From Caldilineaceae bacterium (GTDB taxonomy: Bacteria > Chloroflexota > Anaerolineae > Caldilineales > Caldilineaceae), in the NCBI GenBank assembly GCA_035574055.1, contig DATLZJ010000477.1:1-28393 (forward strand): a stretch of 28,393 nucleotides of DNA, read 5' to 3'. The notes under the pieces are model-generated. The model made no database searches and was not told the DNA's origin. It was given only the letters and a program-made list of their open reading frames with translations. Position 1 is the first letter of the stretch, and each line of letters opens with the position of its first letter. Position numbers and translations under genes: made by a program. Positions 11,998 to 20,852 of the stretch are shown here, in pieces.

Positions 11998-13296
11998 ATG
12001 AGCAACGGTCACGCAACACTCGATGTTACCGCCACGTCTACGCAGGTAAGCGTGGCAGGAGCCACGGATCAGCACCCAATGGCCTTGCTGCTCGAACAGA
12101 TCGAGCAGTCGCTGTTGGAGCCAACGGCGGGTGAGATTCGCACCGGGGTGATTGTGGACAAGCGCCCCCACGAAATCCTGGTGGATATTGGCTACAAGTC
12201 TGAGGGGATCGTCAATGGCCGTGAGATTGAGCGCATCGGCGATATGCTGGATACGCTCAAGGTAGGGGATGAGGTGCCGGTCTATGTGCTGCGCGAGGAC
12301 AAGGACGGCAACCTGCTGTTGAGCATCAGCCGCGCCCAGGCCGAGAAGGACTGGGAACGGGCCGAACAGCTCATGGAGTCCCAGCAGATCTTCGAAAGCT
12401 GTGTGGCGGCCTACAACCGCGGCGGCGTGATCGTCAAGATCGGCCAGGTGCGCGGTTTTGTGCCTGCCAGCCAGCTCAGCGCCGACAGCCAGAGCCAGGG
12501 CGATGACTCGGTTGAAAACGCCGATGACCGCTGGGCCAACCTGGTCGGCGAAAACCTGATGCTGAAGGTCATTGACATTGACCGCAAGCGCAACCGGCTG
12601 ATCCTCTCGGAACGGCTGGCCGTGCGCGAGTGGCGCCGCCAGCAGAAGGAACAGCTCTTGGACACCCTCAAGGAGGGCGACACCTACGACGGTGTGATCA
12701 GCAGCATTGCCGACTTTGGCGCCTTCGTGGACTTGGGCGGCGCCGACGGGCTGATCCACCTGAGCGAGCTGAGCTGGAACCGGGTCAGCCATCCCAGCGA
12801 GGTTGTCAAGGTCGGCGACAAGATCAAAGTGCAGATTCTGAGCGTAGACCAGGAGCGCCGCCGGATCGGTCTGAGCCTGCGCCGCCTCCAACCCCAACCG
12901 TGGGACGTGGTCGAGCAAACCTACGAGGTCGGCCAGATCGTGCGCGGCCGGATCACCAAGCTGGTCAACTTCGGCGCCTTTGCCCGCCTGGAGAAGGATG
13001 GCATCGAGGGCTTGATCCATGTCAGCGAGCTGACCGACAAGCGCATCACCCATCCGCGCGAGGTGGTGGCCGAGGGCGAGGAGTACGACCTGCGCATCAT
13101 CCGCATTGACACCGACAAGCGGCGCATGGGCCTGAGCCTCAAGCAGGCGCAGCCCGCGGACCCGGCGCTGGAGATTGACTGGCAGGTGGCGCCCAGCAAC
13201 GACGCCGAGAGCAACAGCGACGGCGAGACCGTTGAGCCGGCCGCGGTCGAGGCCGAAATCACCGCCGCAAGCGCAGCGGAGCGCGTGGCTGAATAG
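11998..13296 (+). CDS. rpsA: 30S ribosomal protein S1 (four S1 domains plus acidic tail), 432 aa
   Basis: [13 protein letters not shown]...[37 protein letters not shown]...[10 protein letters not shown]; GGAGG SD. Confidence 0.93.
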   Translation: MSNGHATLDVTATSTQVSVAGATDQHPMALLLEQIEQSLLEPTAGEIRTGVIVDKRPHEILVDIGYKSEGIVNGREIERIGDMLDTLKVGDEVPVYVLREDKDGNLLLSISRAQAEKDWERAEQLMESQQIFESCVAAYNRGGVIVKIGQVRGFVPASQLSADSQSQGDDSVENADDRWANLVGENLMLKVIDIDRKRNRLILSERLAVREWRRQQKEQLLDTLKEGDTYDGVISSIADFGAFVDLGGADGLIHLSELSWNRVSHPSEVVKVGDKIKVQILSVDQERRRIGLSLRRLQPQPWDVVEQTYEVGQIVRGRITKLVNFGAFARLEKDGIEGLIHVSELTDKRITHPREVVAEGEEYDLRIIRIDTDKRRMGLSLKQAQPADPALEIDWQVAPSNDAESNSDGETVEPAAVEAEITAASAAERVAE

Positions 13297-13355
13297 CCGG
13301 ACAGCCATCCAGCCATAGACGCCGCGCCCGCTCACCCCAGAGCGCAATCGAATCG

Positions 13356-13392
13356 GACGCGAGGATGCTATCCACATCCTCGCGTCTTTTTT
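13356..13392 (+). terminator. Intrinsic terminator of rpsA
   Basis: Perfect 12-bp stem GACGCGAGGATG / CATCCTCGCGTC, 7-nt loop, then T6. Confidence 0.9.
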
Positions 13393-13588
13393 ATTCCTCC
13401 ATTTCCTTATTCCTCCTCCCTCCATACGCCCATCGAATGCGCTTGGCTATCACTGATGGCGCCAGTCATCGCAAAGGACGCGCCAGGGGACGCATCCGCC
13501 GACGCTGGATGGACGCGCCGGCATTAGACTGCCAACAACCCCTCAATGCAGAGACGGTGCGAGGGCGAAGGGAGGAGAGTGAATCAAA

Positions 13589-16417
13589 ATGGATACACAA
13601 CTCTTTGTCGGACGAGAGGCCGAGCTGGCAGAGCTGCAAACGCACCTGGATAAGCTGCTGACCGGCCACGGTGGCATCTGTTTCGTGGCCGGCCAGGCCG
13701 GCAGCGGTAAGACCGCGCTGGTCCGCCACTTCTTGCAGCGGGCATTGACCCAGGCGCCGGATTTAGTGGTTGCAGGCGGCAGCGGCAACGCCCAAACGGG
13801 GATCGGCGACCCCTACCTTCCCTTTCGCGAGGCGTTGGCGCTACTCACCGGCGACATCGCCGCCAACCAGGCCGCAGGCAAGATCACCCTGGAGAGCGCG
13901 GGGCGGCTGCGCACAGTCATGGTGCGCGCCATCGAGGTGTTGGTCGAGGTCGCGCCCGAGCTGATCAATGTGCTGGTCCCCGGCGGCAAGCTGCTCGCCC
14001 ACATCGGCCAGCAGGTCGTCAAAAAGACCGGCTGGATGGAAAAGCTGGCTCGGTTGAGCCAGCGCACCGCGCTGCTGACCGGCGTCGCCGAGACCGCCAC
14101 CGAGCAGGTGCGGATCGTGGAAAAGTTCACGGCCTTTCTGCGCCAGTTGAGCAAGGAAGTACCCCTGATCCTCTTCTTCGACGACCTGCAATGGGCCGAC
14201 GCGGCCTCTATCAACCTGCTCTTCCATCTGGCGCGCAGTGTGGAGGACGACCGCATTCTGCTCATCGGCGCGTACCGCCCCAACGACGTGATGTTGGGGC
14301 GTCTGGGCCAGCGCCACCCCCTGGAGCCGGTGATCCTGGAGCTGACGCGCTACTTCGGCGATGTCACGGTCAACCTGGATGAGGTCCCGGAGGAGACCAA
14401 CCGCCGCTTTATTGATGCGCTGCTGGACGCGGAGCCGAACCGGCTCGGCCCCGATTTTCGCAACGCGCTCTTCCAGCAGACCGGCGGCCATGCGCTCTTC
14501 ACGGTGGAGCTGCTCCATGCCATGAAAAAGCGCGGGGACTTAACACGCGGGCCGGATGGCGCCTGGATCGCCAAAGAGAATCTGGACTGGAGTGCGTTGC
14601 CCGCCAAGGTCGAAGGGGTGATCGCCGAACGGATCGCCCGGCTCGATGACGAGCTGCGCGAGCTGCTGATGGTGGCGTCAGTCGAAGGCGAGGAGTTTAC
14701 CGCAGAGGTCGTCGCACGGGTAGAGGCCCTGGTCGAACGCGAGGCCATCCACCTGTTGAGCCAAGAGCTACAGCGGCGTCATGGGCTGATTGACGCTCAG
14801 GGCCTGGTGCGGATAGGTGGGCTGCGCCTCTCGCTCTTTCGCTTTGTTCACAGCCTGTTCCAGCAGTACCTCTACAATCACCTGGGCGAGGCCGAGCGCG
14901 TCTATCTCCATCGCGATATCGGCAGCGTGCTGGAGGAGCTGTTCGGCGCCCAGACCGACGATGTGGCGGCGCGCCTGGCGCGCCACTTCGAGCTGGCCGG
15001 CATCGCCGACAAGGCCGCCGGCTACCGGCTCCAGGCCGGCGTCCGGGCTTGCCGTATGTCGGCCCATGATGAGGCGGCGACGCATCTGCAACAGGGCCTG
15101 CGCCTGCTGGCCGATGTCCCCGCCGGCCCGGCGCGCGACCTGCTCGAGCTGCGCTTGCAGACCATGTTGGGCACCGCGCTGGTGGTGACCCACGGCTACG
15201 CCTCCTATGATGTGCAGCAGGCTTTTGCCCGCGCCCGCGAGCTGTGCAATAAGCTGGATGACCCCCAGGCTACGATCCCGGTCATCTTTGGACTGGGCGT
15301 TCACTACCTGGTCTCCGGCGAGCTGCACCATGCCGAGGAGCTGGGCAGCCAACTGCTCGAGCTGGCGCAAAAGGACAACGACACCGGCTTCGTACTGGGC
15401 GCGCGCCTCATCATGGGCGTGGCGGATATGTACCGCGGGCGGCTTGTCTCGGCACGCGCACAACTGGAACAGGCCGTGGTGGAGCTCGAGGTGGAGGCGC
15501 ATAGCAATCTGGCGCATCTGCAAGGGCAGGACCCGGTCGTCGCGGCGCTCGGTTTTCTGGGGCTGACGCTCTGGACGCTGGGCTATCCGGACCAGGCGCG
15601 GCGGCGCATCGAGGAGGGGCTGGCCTTGGCCCAGCGCATCGGCCATCCCTACACCTCGGCCTATATGAGCAGCGTTGCAACCTCCTTCTTCCTGATCCTG
15701 GGCGAGGAAGGCCGTTGCCGGCGCCAGGCGGAGGAGACGCTGGCGATCAGCCAGGAGCGGTACCCCCTGTGGCAAGCCACCACCACCATCGCCTTGGGCT
15801 GGCTCCAGGCGCGGCAGGGGCAGTTTGCGCAAGGGCTGGCCGCCATGGAGTCTGGATTGGCCTTGTGGGAGGCCAGCGGCGCATACACCTCTGCCCCCTA
15901 CTTCCGCGCCCATCTGGCCGAGGCTTATCTGCTGGCCCGGCGTCGCAGCGCCGGGCTGCGTGTCCTAGATGAGTCGTTCCGCTATACCGACCAGGGCTGG
16001 TGGCTGCCGGAGCAGCGCCGGCTCTACGCCGAATTCCTGCTGCTCGAAGCCGGCCACGAGGCGGAGGCCGAAAGCGAGCTGCGGCAAGCCCTGACGCTGG
16101 CGCAGGCGGCCCAGGCGCGGTCGCTGGCGCTGCGCGCCGCCATGAGCCTGGCGCGCTTGCTGGGCAACCAGGGCCGCGCCGCCGAAGGCCGCGAGCGACT
16201 GCTGGCCTGCTATGGCTGGTTCACCGAGGGGCTGGAGACCAACGACCTGCAAAACGCGCGCGACTTGCTGCGCACCCTGGATGAGAAGACGGCCGCGCCC
16301 AAGGACGCCATTGGGGACGCTGCACGCGCCGAAATCGCGACAGCGCTGGGACGGCCGGCTGATACAGTGGTCCACAGCCCGCCTATGATGCAGGCGACGC
16401 CGGTTGCGCTGATGTAA
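13589..16417 (+). CDS. STAND-class (AAA_16/COG3899-like) ATPase with C-terminal TPR-like helical repeats and no recognisable effector domain, 942 aa
   Basis: FVGRE.EL start, Walker A GQAGSGKT, Walker B LILFFDDLQWAD, LIGAYR, GGHALF (GxP-equivalent), LP..V..VI..RI.RL, and a helical C-terminus ending FTEGLETNDL..AR.LL as in kinase/cyclase-fused family members; GGAGGAG SD. Confidence 0.88.
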   Translation: MDTQLFVGREAELAELQTHLDKLLTGHGGICFVAGQAGSGKTALVRHFLQRALTQAPDLVVAGGSGNAQTGIGDPYLPFREALALLTGDIAANQAAGKITLESAGRLRTVMVRAIEVLVEVAPELINVLVPGGKLLAHIGQQVVKKTGWMEKLARLSQRTALLTGVAETATEQVRIVEKFTAFLRQLSKEVPLILFFDDLQWADAASINLLFHLARSVEDDRILLIGAYRPNDVMLGRLGQRHPLEPVILELTRYFGDVTVNLDEVPEETNRRFIDALLDAEPNRLGPDFRNALFQQTGGHALFTVELLHAMKKRGDLTRGPDGAWIAKENLDWSALPAKVEGVIAERIARLDDELRELLMVASVEGEEFTAEVVARVEALVEREAIHLLSQELQRRHGLIDAQGLVRIGGLRLSLFRFVHSLFQQYLYNHLGEAERVYLHRDIGSVLEELFGAQTDDVAARLARHFELAGIADKAAGYRLQAGVRACRMSAHDEAATHLQQGLRLLADVPAGPARDLLELRLQTMLGTALVVTHGYASYDVQQAFARARELCNKLDDPQATIPVIFGLGVHYLVSGELHHAEELGSQLLELAQKDNDTGFVLGARLIMGVADMYRGRLVSARAQLEQAVVELEVEAHSNLAHLQGQDPVVAALGFLGLTLWTLGYPDQARRRIEEGLALAQRIGHPYTSAYMSSVATSFFLILGEEGRCRRQAEETLAISQERYPLWQATTTIALGWLQARQGQFAQGLAAMESGLALWEASGAYTSAPYFRAHLAEAYLLARRRSAGLRVLDESFRYTDQGWWLPEQRRLYAEFLLLEAGHEAEAESELRQALTLAQAAQARSLALRAAMSLARLLGNQGRAAEGRERLLACYGWFTEGLETNDLQNARDLLRTLDEKTAAPKDAIGDAARAEIATALGRPADTVVHSPPMMQATPVALM

Positions 16418-16431
16418 CGGCGCAACCGGCG
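16398..16431. other. Perfect 12-bp hairpin spanning the ATPase stop codon, at the junction with the SBP56 remnant
   Basis: CGCCGGTTGCGC-N10-GCGCAACCGGCG; no U-tract. Confidence 0.6.
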
Positions 16432-16452
16432 CCCGGACAACTCGTTTCTATC

Positions 16453-16641
16453 CATAGCACCCGGGATGACCAGTTCTATCTTGACAAGCTGACCGGCTGG
16501 ATGGTGCGCGCCGACGTGAACCCCTATGGCGGCATGGTCTTTGACCCCAGCTTCTTTGTAGACTTCGGGTCCACTCGACCCCATCAAGTTCGCTTGGAGG
16601 GCGGCGATGCTTCCACTGACTCCTATTGCTATCCTTCTTAA
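16453..16641 (+). pseudogene. 3' remnant (about 62 codons) of a selenium-binding protein SBP56 / methanethiol oxidase family gene
   Basis: Manual translation gives HSTRDDQFYLDKLTGWMVRADVNPYGGMVFDPSFFVDFGSTRPHQVRLEGGDASTDSYCYPS*. This matches the SBP56 C-terminus pattern YSxWDxQFYP..l.GWMVk....P.GG...D..FFVDFG....HQVRL.GGDASSDSYCYP. No start or upstream SBP56 sequence is present. Confidence 0.85.
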
Positions 16642-17358
16642 CGCGGCGCACACCCTGCCGGAGCTGTTGCCCGCGCTGGGGGTGTGGCTGGCGATGCTGG
16701 GGTTTGGGGCCTATCACGGCCTCAACCCCGGCATGGGGTGGCTCTTTGCGCTGTCGCTGGGCCTACAACAGCGCAACGCGCGGGCCATCTGGACGGCGAT
16801 GGTTCCCATCGCGCTGGGCCACACGGCGGCATTGGCGGTTGTGGCGGCGTTGGCGCTGGTGGGCGCGCAGTTCATCTCAAGCGGCACGGCCCAGGCCATG
16901 ACCGCGCTGCTGTTGATCGGCTTTGGCGTCTACAAGGTCTTCAACTACTATCGCCACCCGCGCTGGGTGGGGATGCGCGTCGGGGGGCGCGACCTGCTCT
17001 GGTGGTCGTTCCTCATGGCGACGGCTCACGGGGCCGGGCTGATGATCGCGCCGGCGCTGTTGGGGATCGTAGACCGGCAGGCGGGCCTGGGCTACGCCGC
17101 CCACCACACCCACCTGGCCGCGGGGGCAGCATGGCGCTGGCGATTGCCGCCCACACCCTATCTATGCTGGTGGTGATGGCAGCCGTCGCCTGGGCAGTCT
17201 ACAAGTGGGTGGGGCTGGCGGTGTTGCGCAGCCGCTGGATCAACTTCGACCTGGTGTGGGCGGTGGCGCTGTTGGTGGTCGGCGTCATCGCCGCCGCTGG
17301 GATCATGGGCGACCTGGCGACGCCTGTCCAGGCGACCGGCGCCCTGCACCGGCGCTAG
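16607..17358 (+). pseudogene. Frameshifted His-motif membrane protein of the type usually encoded next to SBP56 genes (about 250 aa if restored)
   Basis: Frame 1 gives GAYHGLNPGMGWLFAL...PIALGH...WSFLMATAHGAGLM. The C-terminal half (AHTLSMLVVM...YKWVGL..LR..WINFDLVW) lies in another frame. One extra G in the G5 run at 17122-17126 joins them. GGAGG SD before ATG 16607. Confidence 0.8.
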
Positions 17359-17416
17359 CACCCTGCCGGTATCCACCCGGCCTCATAATCCTCTACAACC
17401 CTCATCTCTCCTCTTG

Positions 17417-17463
17417 CCGGCGGAGTCTGGTTCCACCCCCAGGCTCCGCCGGTTCCCCTTTTT
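17417..17463 (+). terminator. Intrinsic terminator after the membrane-protein gene
   Basis: 14-bp stem CCGGCGGAGTCTGG / CCAGGCTCCGCCGG (one G-U), 8-nt loop, followed by TTCCCCTTTTT. Confidence 0.7.
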
Positions 17464-17785
17464 GAGAGAGTGGACTGCTGGCTGGTGACTGCTGGATGTT
17501 GACACGCGTCGGAACGCGGGGAGACGGTGTGGCTGATGGCGGCGCGCCAGGAGACGCATCGGTATAGTTCCGCCTGTTGGAGACAGGTCCGGGCGTCCAT
17601 CTGGCGTTGGTGGATCGCACGCGCAAGGCGGGCAGCGCCGTTTGCGCTCATCTCCCTCCCTGGCATCTCGATAGAGAGCCGTTCTTTGCGCAGCCGGGCG
17701 CGCCGTAACGAGATAATAGACGCCTTCCCCTCCGGCGCTGGCACACCTTACCACAAGCATGCTCAAGATACATCGCGAGATACAC

Positions 17786-17814
17786 TTGCACAATGAATGA
17801 CTTGTTCCTATACT
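17786..17814 (+). promoter_or_regulatory. Sigma70-type promoter upstream of the MTase-HerA-NurA cassette
   Basis: TTGCAC-N17-TATACT, about 220 bp upstream of the MTase ATG. Confidence 0.6.
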
Positions 17815-18033
17815 ACCCCTAGCACCGCGTTCCATCTCAATATCTGGTGTGGGAGTAGCTGCGGCGGACTACCGGCGCAGCTCGGGCTACATCCCCCGAG
17901 CGCACTATACCGCCTCTGGTTCGCCTCTAATCCTTCGGACAGTCTATCACTCGTTTTGCAGCGCAGATATTACATGAAGCGTATAAGTTCCTCCACACAT
18001 GAACCAAGCTATAGCATAAAGAGCTAAATCGTC

Positions 18034-18858
18034 ATGTGTTATAAACCTATCAGATTACTACGTTACCCAGGTGGAAAGCAGCGATTACTAAGTAGTCTGC
18101 TTCCGTTGTTACCAAGTTCACATACAATAAGAGGTAACTTCGTTGAACCATTTGTTGGAGGTGCATCTGTCTTCTTTGCAGTGAATCCGGACAGAGCTAT
18201 CCTATCAGATATCAATGGAGAGTTAATCGAGCTGTACCAGGGGATACGGGACCATCCGCGAGATGTATGGGAAAAGTACACGTCGTTTCCAGCAAGCAGA
18301 GATGGATATTACAGCATCCGAAATGCTGAGGTATCTGCTCTAGATCCAGTTACAAAGGCTGCTCGGATTCTTTATCTAAATCGCACAAGCTATAAAGGAA
18401 TGTGGCGCTACAACTCGCGTGGTCAGTTTAACGTGGGTTATGGCGGTGAAAGCAGGAGATGGGTAATCAAAGAAGAAGATATTCTTCAGGCATCGTTGCG
18501 ACTACGCAAGGCTCATTTAGAGATTTCAGATTTTGAGCAGATAATCGACTCGGCCAGAGCTTCCGATTTCTTGTTCGTCGATCCGCCCTATAAACCTGGT
18601 GCAAGAGAACTTACCAATGATCACTACGTCTTCAGCCGATTCACATCTGAAGATCATCAACGGTTAGCGAGGGCACTTCAGAAAGCTTCAGGCAGAGGTG
18701 TTAAATGGGCAATGACAATATCTTCTCATCACGAGATGATCCAGTTATTTTCGTCTGAGTCTGTTTTCTTGTTAAAAGAAAATATCAGAAAACGTGAAAA
18801 TCATTGTGAGCAGCAAGGCGAAGCTCTAATCTGCAACTACAAGGTTAATCATCTATGA
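18034..18858 (+). CDS. Dam/D12-class (alpha-group) N6-adenine DNA methyltransferase, 274 aa
   Basis: RYPGGK (motif X), FVEPFVGGASVF (motif I), LSDINGELI (motif II), YLNRTSYKGMWRYNSRGQFNV (Dam TRD hairpin), FLFVDPPY (motif IV). Confidence 0.93.
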   Translation: MCYKPIRLLRYPGGKQRLLSSLLPLLPSSHTIRGNFVEPFVGGASVFFAVNPDRAILSDINGELIELYQGIRDHPRDVWEKYTSFPASRDGYYSIRNAEVSALDPVTKAARILYLNRTSYKGMWRYNSRGQFNVGYGGESRRWVIKEEDILQASLRLRKAHLEISDFEQIIDSARASDFLFVDPPYKPGARELTNDHYVFSRFTSEDHQRLARALQKASGRGVKWAMTISSHHEMIQLFSSESVFLLKENIRKRENHCEQQGEALICNYKVNHL

Positions 18859-20834
18859 AAGACTTCTTTGCAAAAGCAGCAATGCAGAATCACCCCCTGC
18901 GAGTTTTGCAGACGTTCTTGGACCAAGAGGCATCTAACGAAACAGCAAAGAAGTATGATGAGCTTCGTTTTGTTGGTTACGTATTAGATATTGGCTACGA
19001 TACGGTTACCATCATCACCTCCGATCCATTTAAAATCGCCGTAGGTGGCGTACCGAGAAACTCATTACTTATTATGGTTCCATCAGACTATAAGCAACTC
19101 CCGCCTCACTTCACGCTATTGCGTGTGCTTGAGGCGGCCCCTACACCCCTGTCTCAGGCAGTACAACAGACGTATTTTGAGCTTCAGAAGAAGTCCATGC
19201 CTGAACTAGATGTATTTACACAGAGTGAGCTGCAATGGGGTGCCCTCAGGACAGGTGTGCTAGGGATGTTTTATCCCCATCCTGAACAACAAAATGAGAT
19301 TGAGTTCTCAGGAGACCTGAATAATTTCGTCAGCGCGCACAAATACAGAGTCTATGCCCCTGATGACGCACTTCTTGACCTCATTGTCAATTCGTTAGTA
19401 CCATATCAAGACCGATTCCTGTTGGGCCAGCTCCGTCTTACCGAGTGCCGCTTGGGTTTGCCAAACAAACCAATGCGAGATGTGAAAGTATATGTATCAG
19501 TTCAAGACTTTATGGGAACGCGTACTGCATTATTTGGCAAAACACGGCTAGGCAAGAGCAATGTTGTCAAATTAATAGCCCAAAGCATAATCGAGGCTAC
19601 CGCCACTTCTCGGAACGTAGGTCAGCTAATCTTTGATATCAACGGCGAGTATGCAAATGATAATCCTCAAGACGGAAGCAAGTCACTACGAAGTGCATAT
19701 CCAGATCGATGTCAAGTTTACGCATTGTCACAAAAGAAGTACACACCTTCACGGCCTCTAAAGCTAAACTTCTACGAGCAACCAGATAGCGCCCACCGCA
19801 TCATCCGAAGTCTTCTAAACCAAGATGGAAAGTTGAGTTCAGTCTATGTAAATAGCTTTGCAAATGCTGAACTTCCGAGTCTCAGCGAAGTAAAGAAAAT
19901 GCCATCTGGAGGTGATCAGATCCGAGCAATTCGTAAAATTCAGTTTTTCTGGGCGATACTAAAGAAAGCTGGCTATCCAGTTGATGAGACCATTCTATTG
20001 AAAACCGTACCGGCTGGTAATGGCACTGGAGGATTTGATCCTGGCTTTGCCGGAAAACTACGAGATGAAGCATACCGTGAGATAAATAAAACATCTGCGC
20101 CATCTCATATTCAGACCTTAAATGACCTCTGCTTTGAGCTTGAGACTATACACCAATACTATCAGAGAAATCCCAACGATAAGCTTTTCACTACCTCGTC
20201 TGGAAAGCCTTTATTTGATCCAGACGACAAAGCTCTACTGGAATTCCTAAACCCATTACCTGGTCGAGCTGGGGTTAGTTATATCGTTCCTTATCGAATT
20301 TATCATGACTCGAATGCTGGTGACTTTGTGAAGGAGATCTTAACATTACTAGATAGTAGCGAAACTGTCATATTGGATTTAGGAAATGCCAATGAGGCAG
20401 TTATGCGATACTTCTCAAATGAATTATCTGTATCTGTGTTTCAGCATCAGCTGAAAAAATTCACAGAGAATGCACTCGGACAGCACTATATTCAATTGTA
20501 CCTTGAAGAGGCACATAACCTCTTTCCAAGCACTGATGAACCTACTGATACTTATGCCCGTTTTGCGAAGGAGGGCGCAAAATATCATATTGGTATGGTC
20601 TATTCAACTCAATCGCCCTCTACCGTCTATAAGGACCTTCTGGCTCAAACAGAGAATTTTTTCGTTGCCCATTTATCTTCAAGGGATGAGGTAAATGCTC
20701 TTGCCAGGCTTAACATCTCCTATGAAAGCCTTAAAGATGACATCCTTATGGCAAAGACACCTGGCTATATGAGGATGCTAACCCGATCACATCGTTTTGT
20801 TGTGCCTGTACAAGCCCGGAAATTTGAACCATAA
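18855..20834 (+). CDS. herA: HerA/DUF87-like FtsK-HerA superfamily ATPase, 659 aa
   Basis: N-terminal HAS-barrel-like beta segment (FVGYVLDIG), Walker A GKTRLGKS, IFDINGEY, Walker B YLEEAH, EGAKYHIGMVYSTQSPS; ATGA overlap with the MTase stop. Confidence 0.88.
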   Translation: MKDFFAKAAMQNHPLRVLQTFLDQEASNETAKKYDELRFVGYVLDIGYDTVTIITSDPFKIAVGGVPRNSLLIMVPSDYKQLPPHFTLLRVLEAAPTPLSQAVQQTYFELQKKSMPELDVFTQSELQWGALRTGVLGMFYPHPEQQNEIEFSGDLNNFVSAHKYRVYAPDDALLDLIVNSLVPYQDRFLLGQLRLTECRLGLPNKPMRDVKVYVSVQDFMGTRTALFGKTRLGKSNVVKLIAQSIIEATATSRNVGQLIFDINGEYANDNPQDGSKSLRSAYPDRCQVYALSQKKYTPSRPLKLNFYEQPDSAHRIIRSLLNQDGKLSSVYVNSFANAELPSLSEVKKMPSGGDQIRAIRKIQFFWAILKKAGYPVDETILLKTVPAGNGTGGFDPGFAGKLRDEAYREINKTSAPSHIQTLNDLCFELETIHQYYQRNPNDKLFTTSSGKPLFDPDDKALLEFLNPLPGRAGVSYIVPYRIYHDSNAGDFVKEILTLLDSSETVILDLGNANEAVMRYFSNELSVSVFQHQLKKFTENALGQHYIQLYLEEAHNLFPSTDEPTDTYARFAKEGAKYHIGMVYSTQSPSTVYKDLLAQTENFFVAHLSSRDEVNALARLNISYESLKDDILMAKTPGYMRMLTRSHRFVVPVQARKFEP

Positions 20835-20852
20835 TTCTGATGGAGACATGAT

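Noticed and set aside
11989-13425. 478-aa antisense ORF over rpsA with purine-rich SD-like runs near its start
   Set aside because: Mirror of rpsA codons; it crosses the rpsA terminator and has no protein-family features.
13455-13525. GCAAA...GGGACGCA resembling a c-di-GMP-I riboswitch upstream of the STAND gene
   Set aside because: The P2 stem with its GNRA loop and the tetraloop receptor cannot be formed.
17470-17760. Possible decayed ORF (GETVWLMAARQETHRY / FRLLETGPGVHLALVDR in different frames)
   Set aside because: Looks protein-like, but I cannot assign a family and it needs several frameshifts; a BLASTx search would be required.
17797-18027. 76-aa ORF upstream of the MTase as a C (controller) protein or fourth cassette gene
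   Set aside because: No HTH or other motif, no SD, and its ATG lies inside the predicted promoter spacer.
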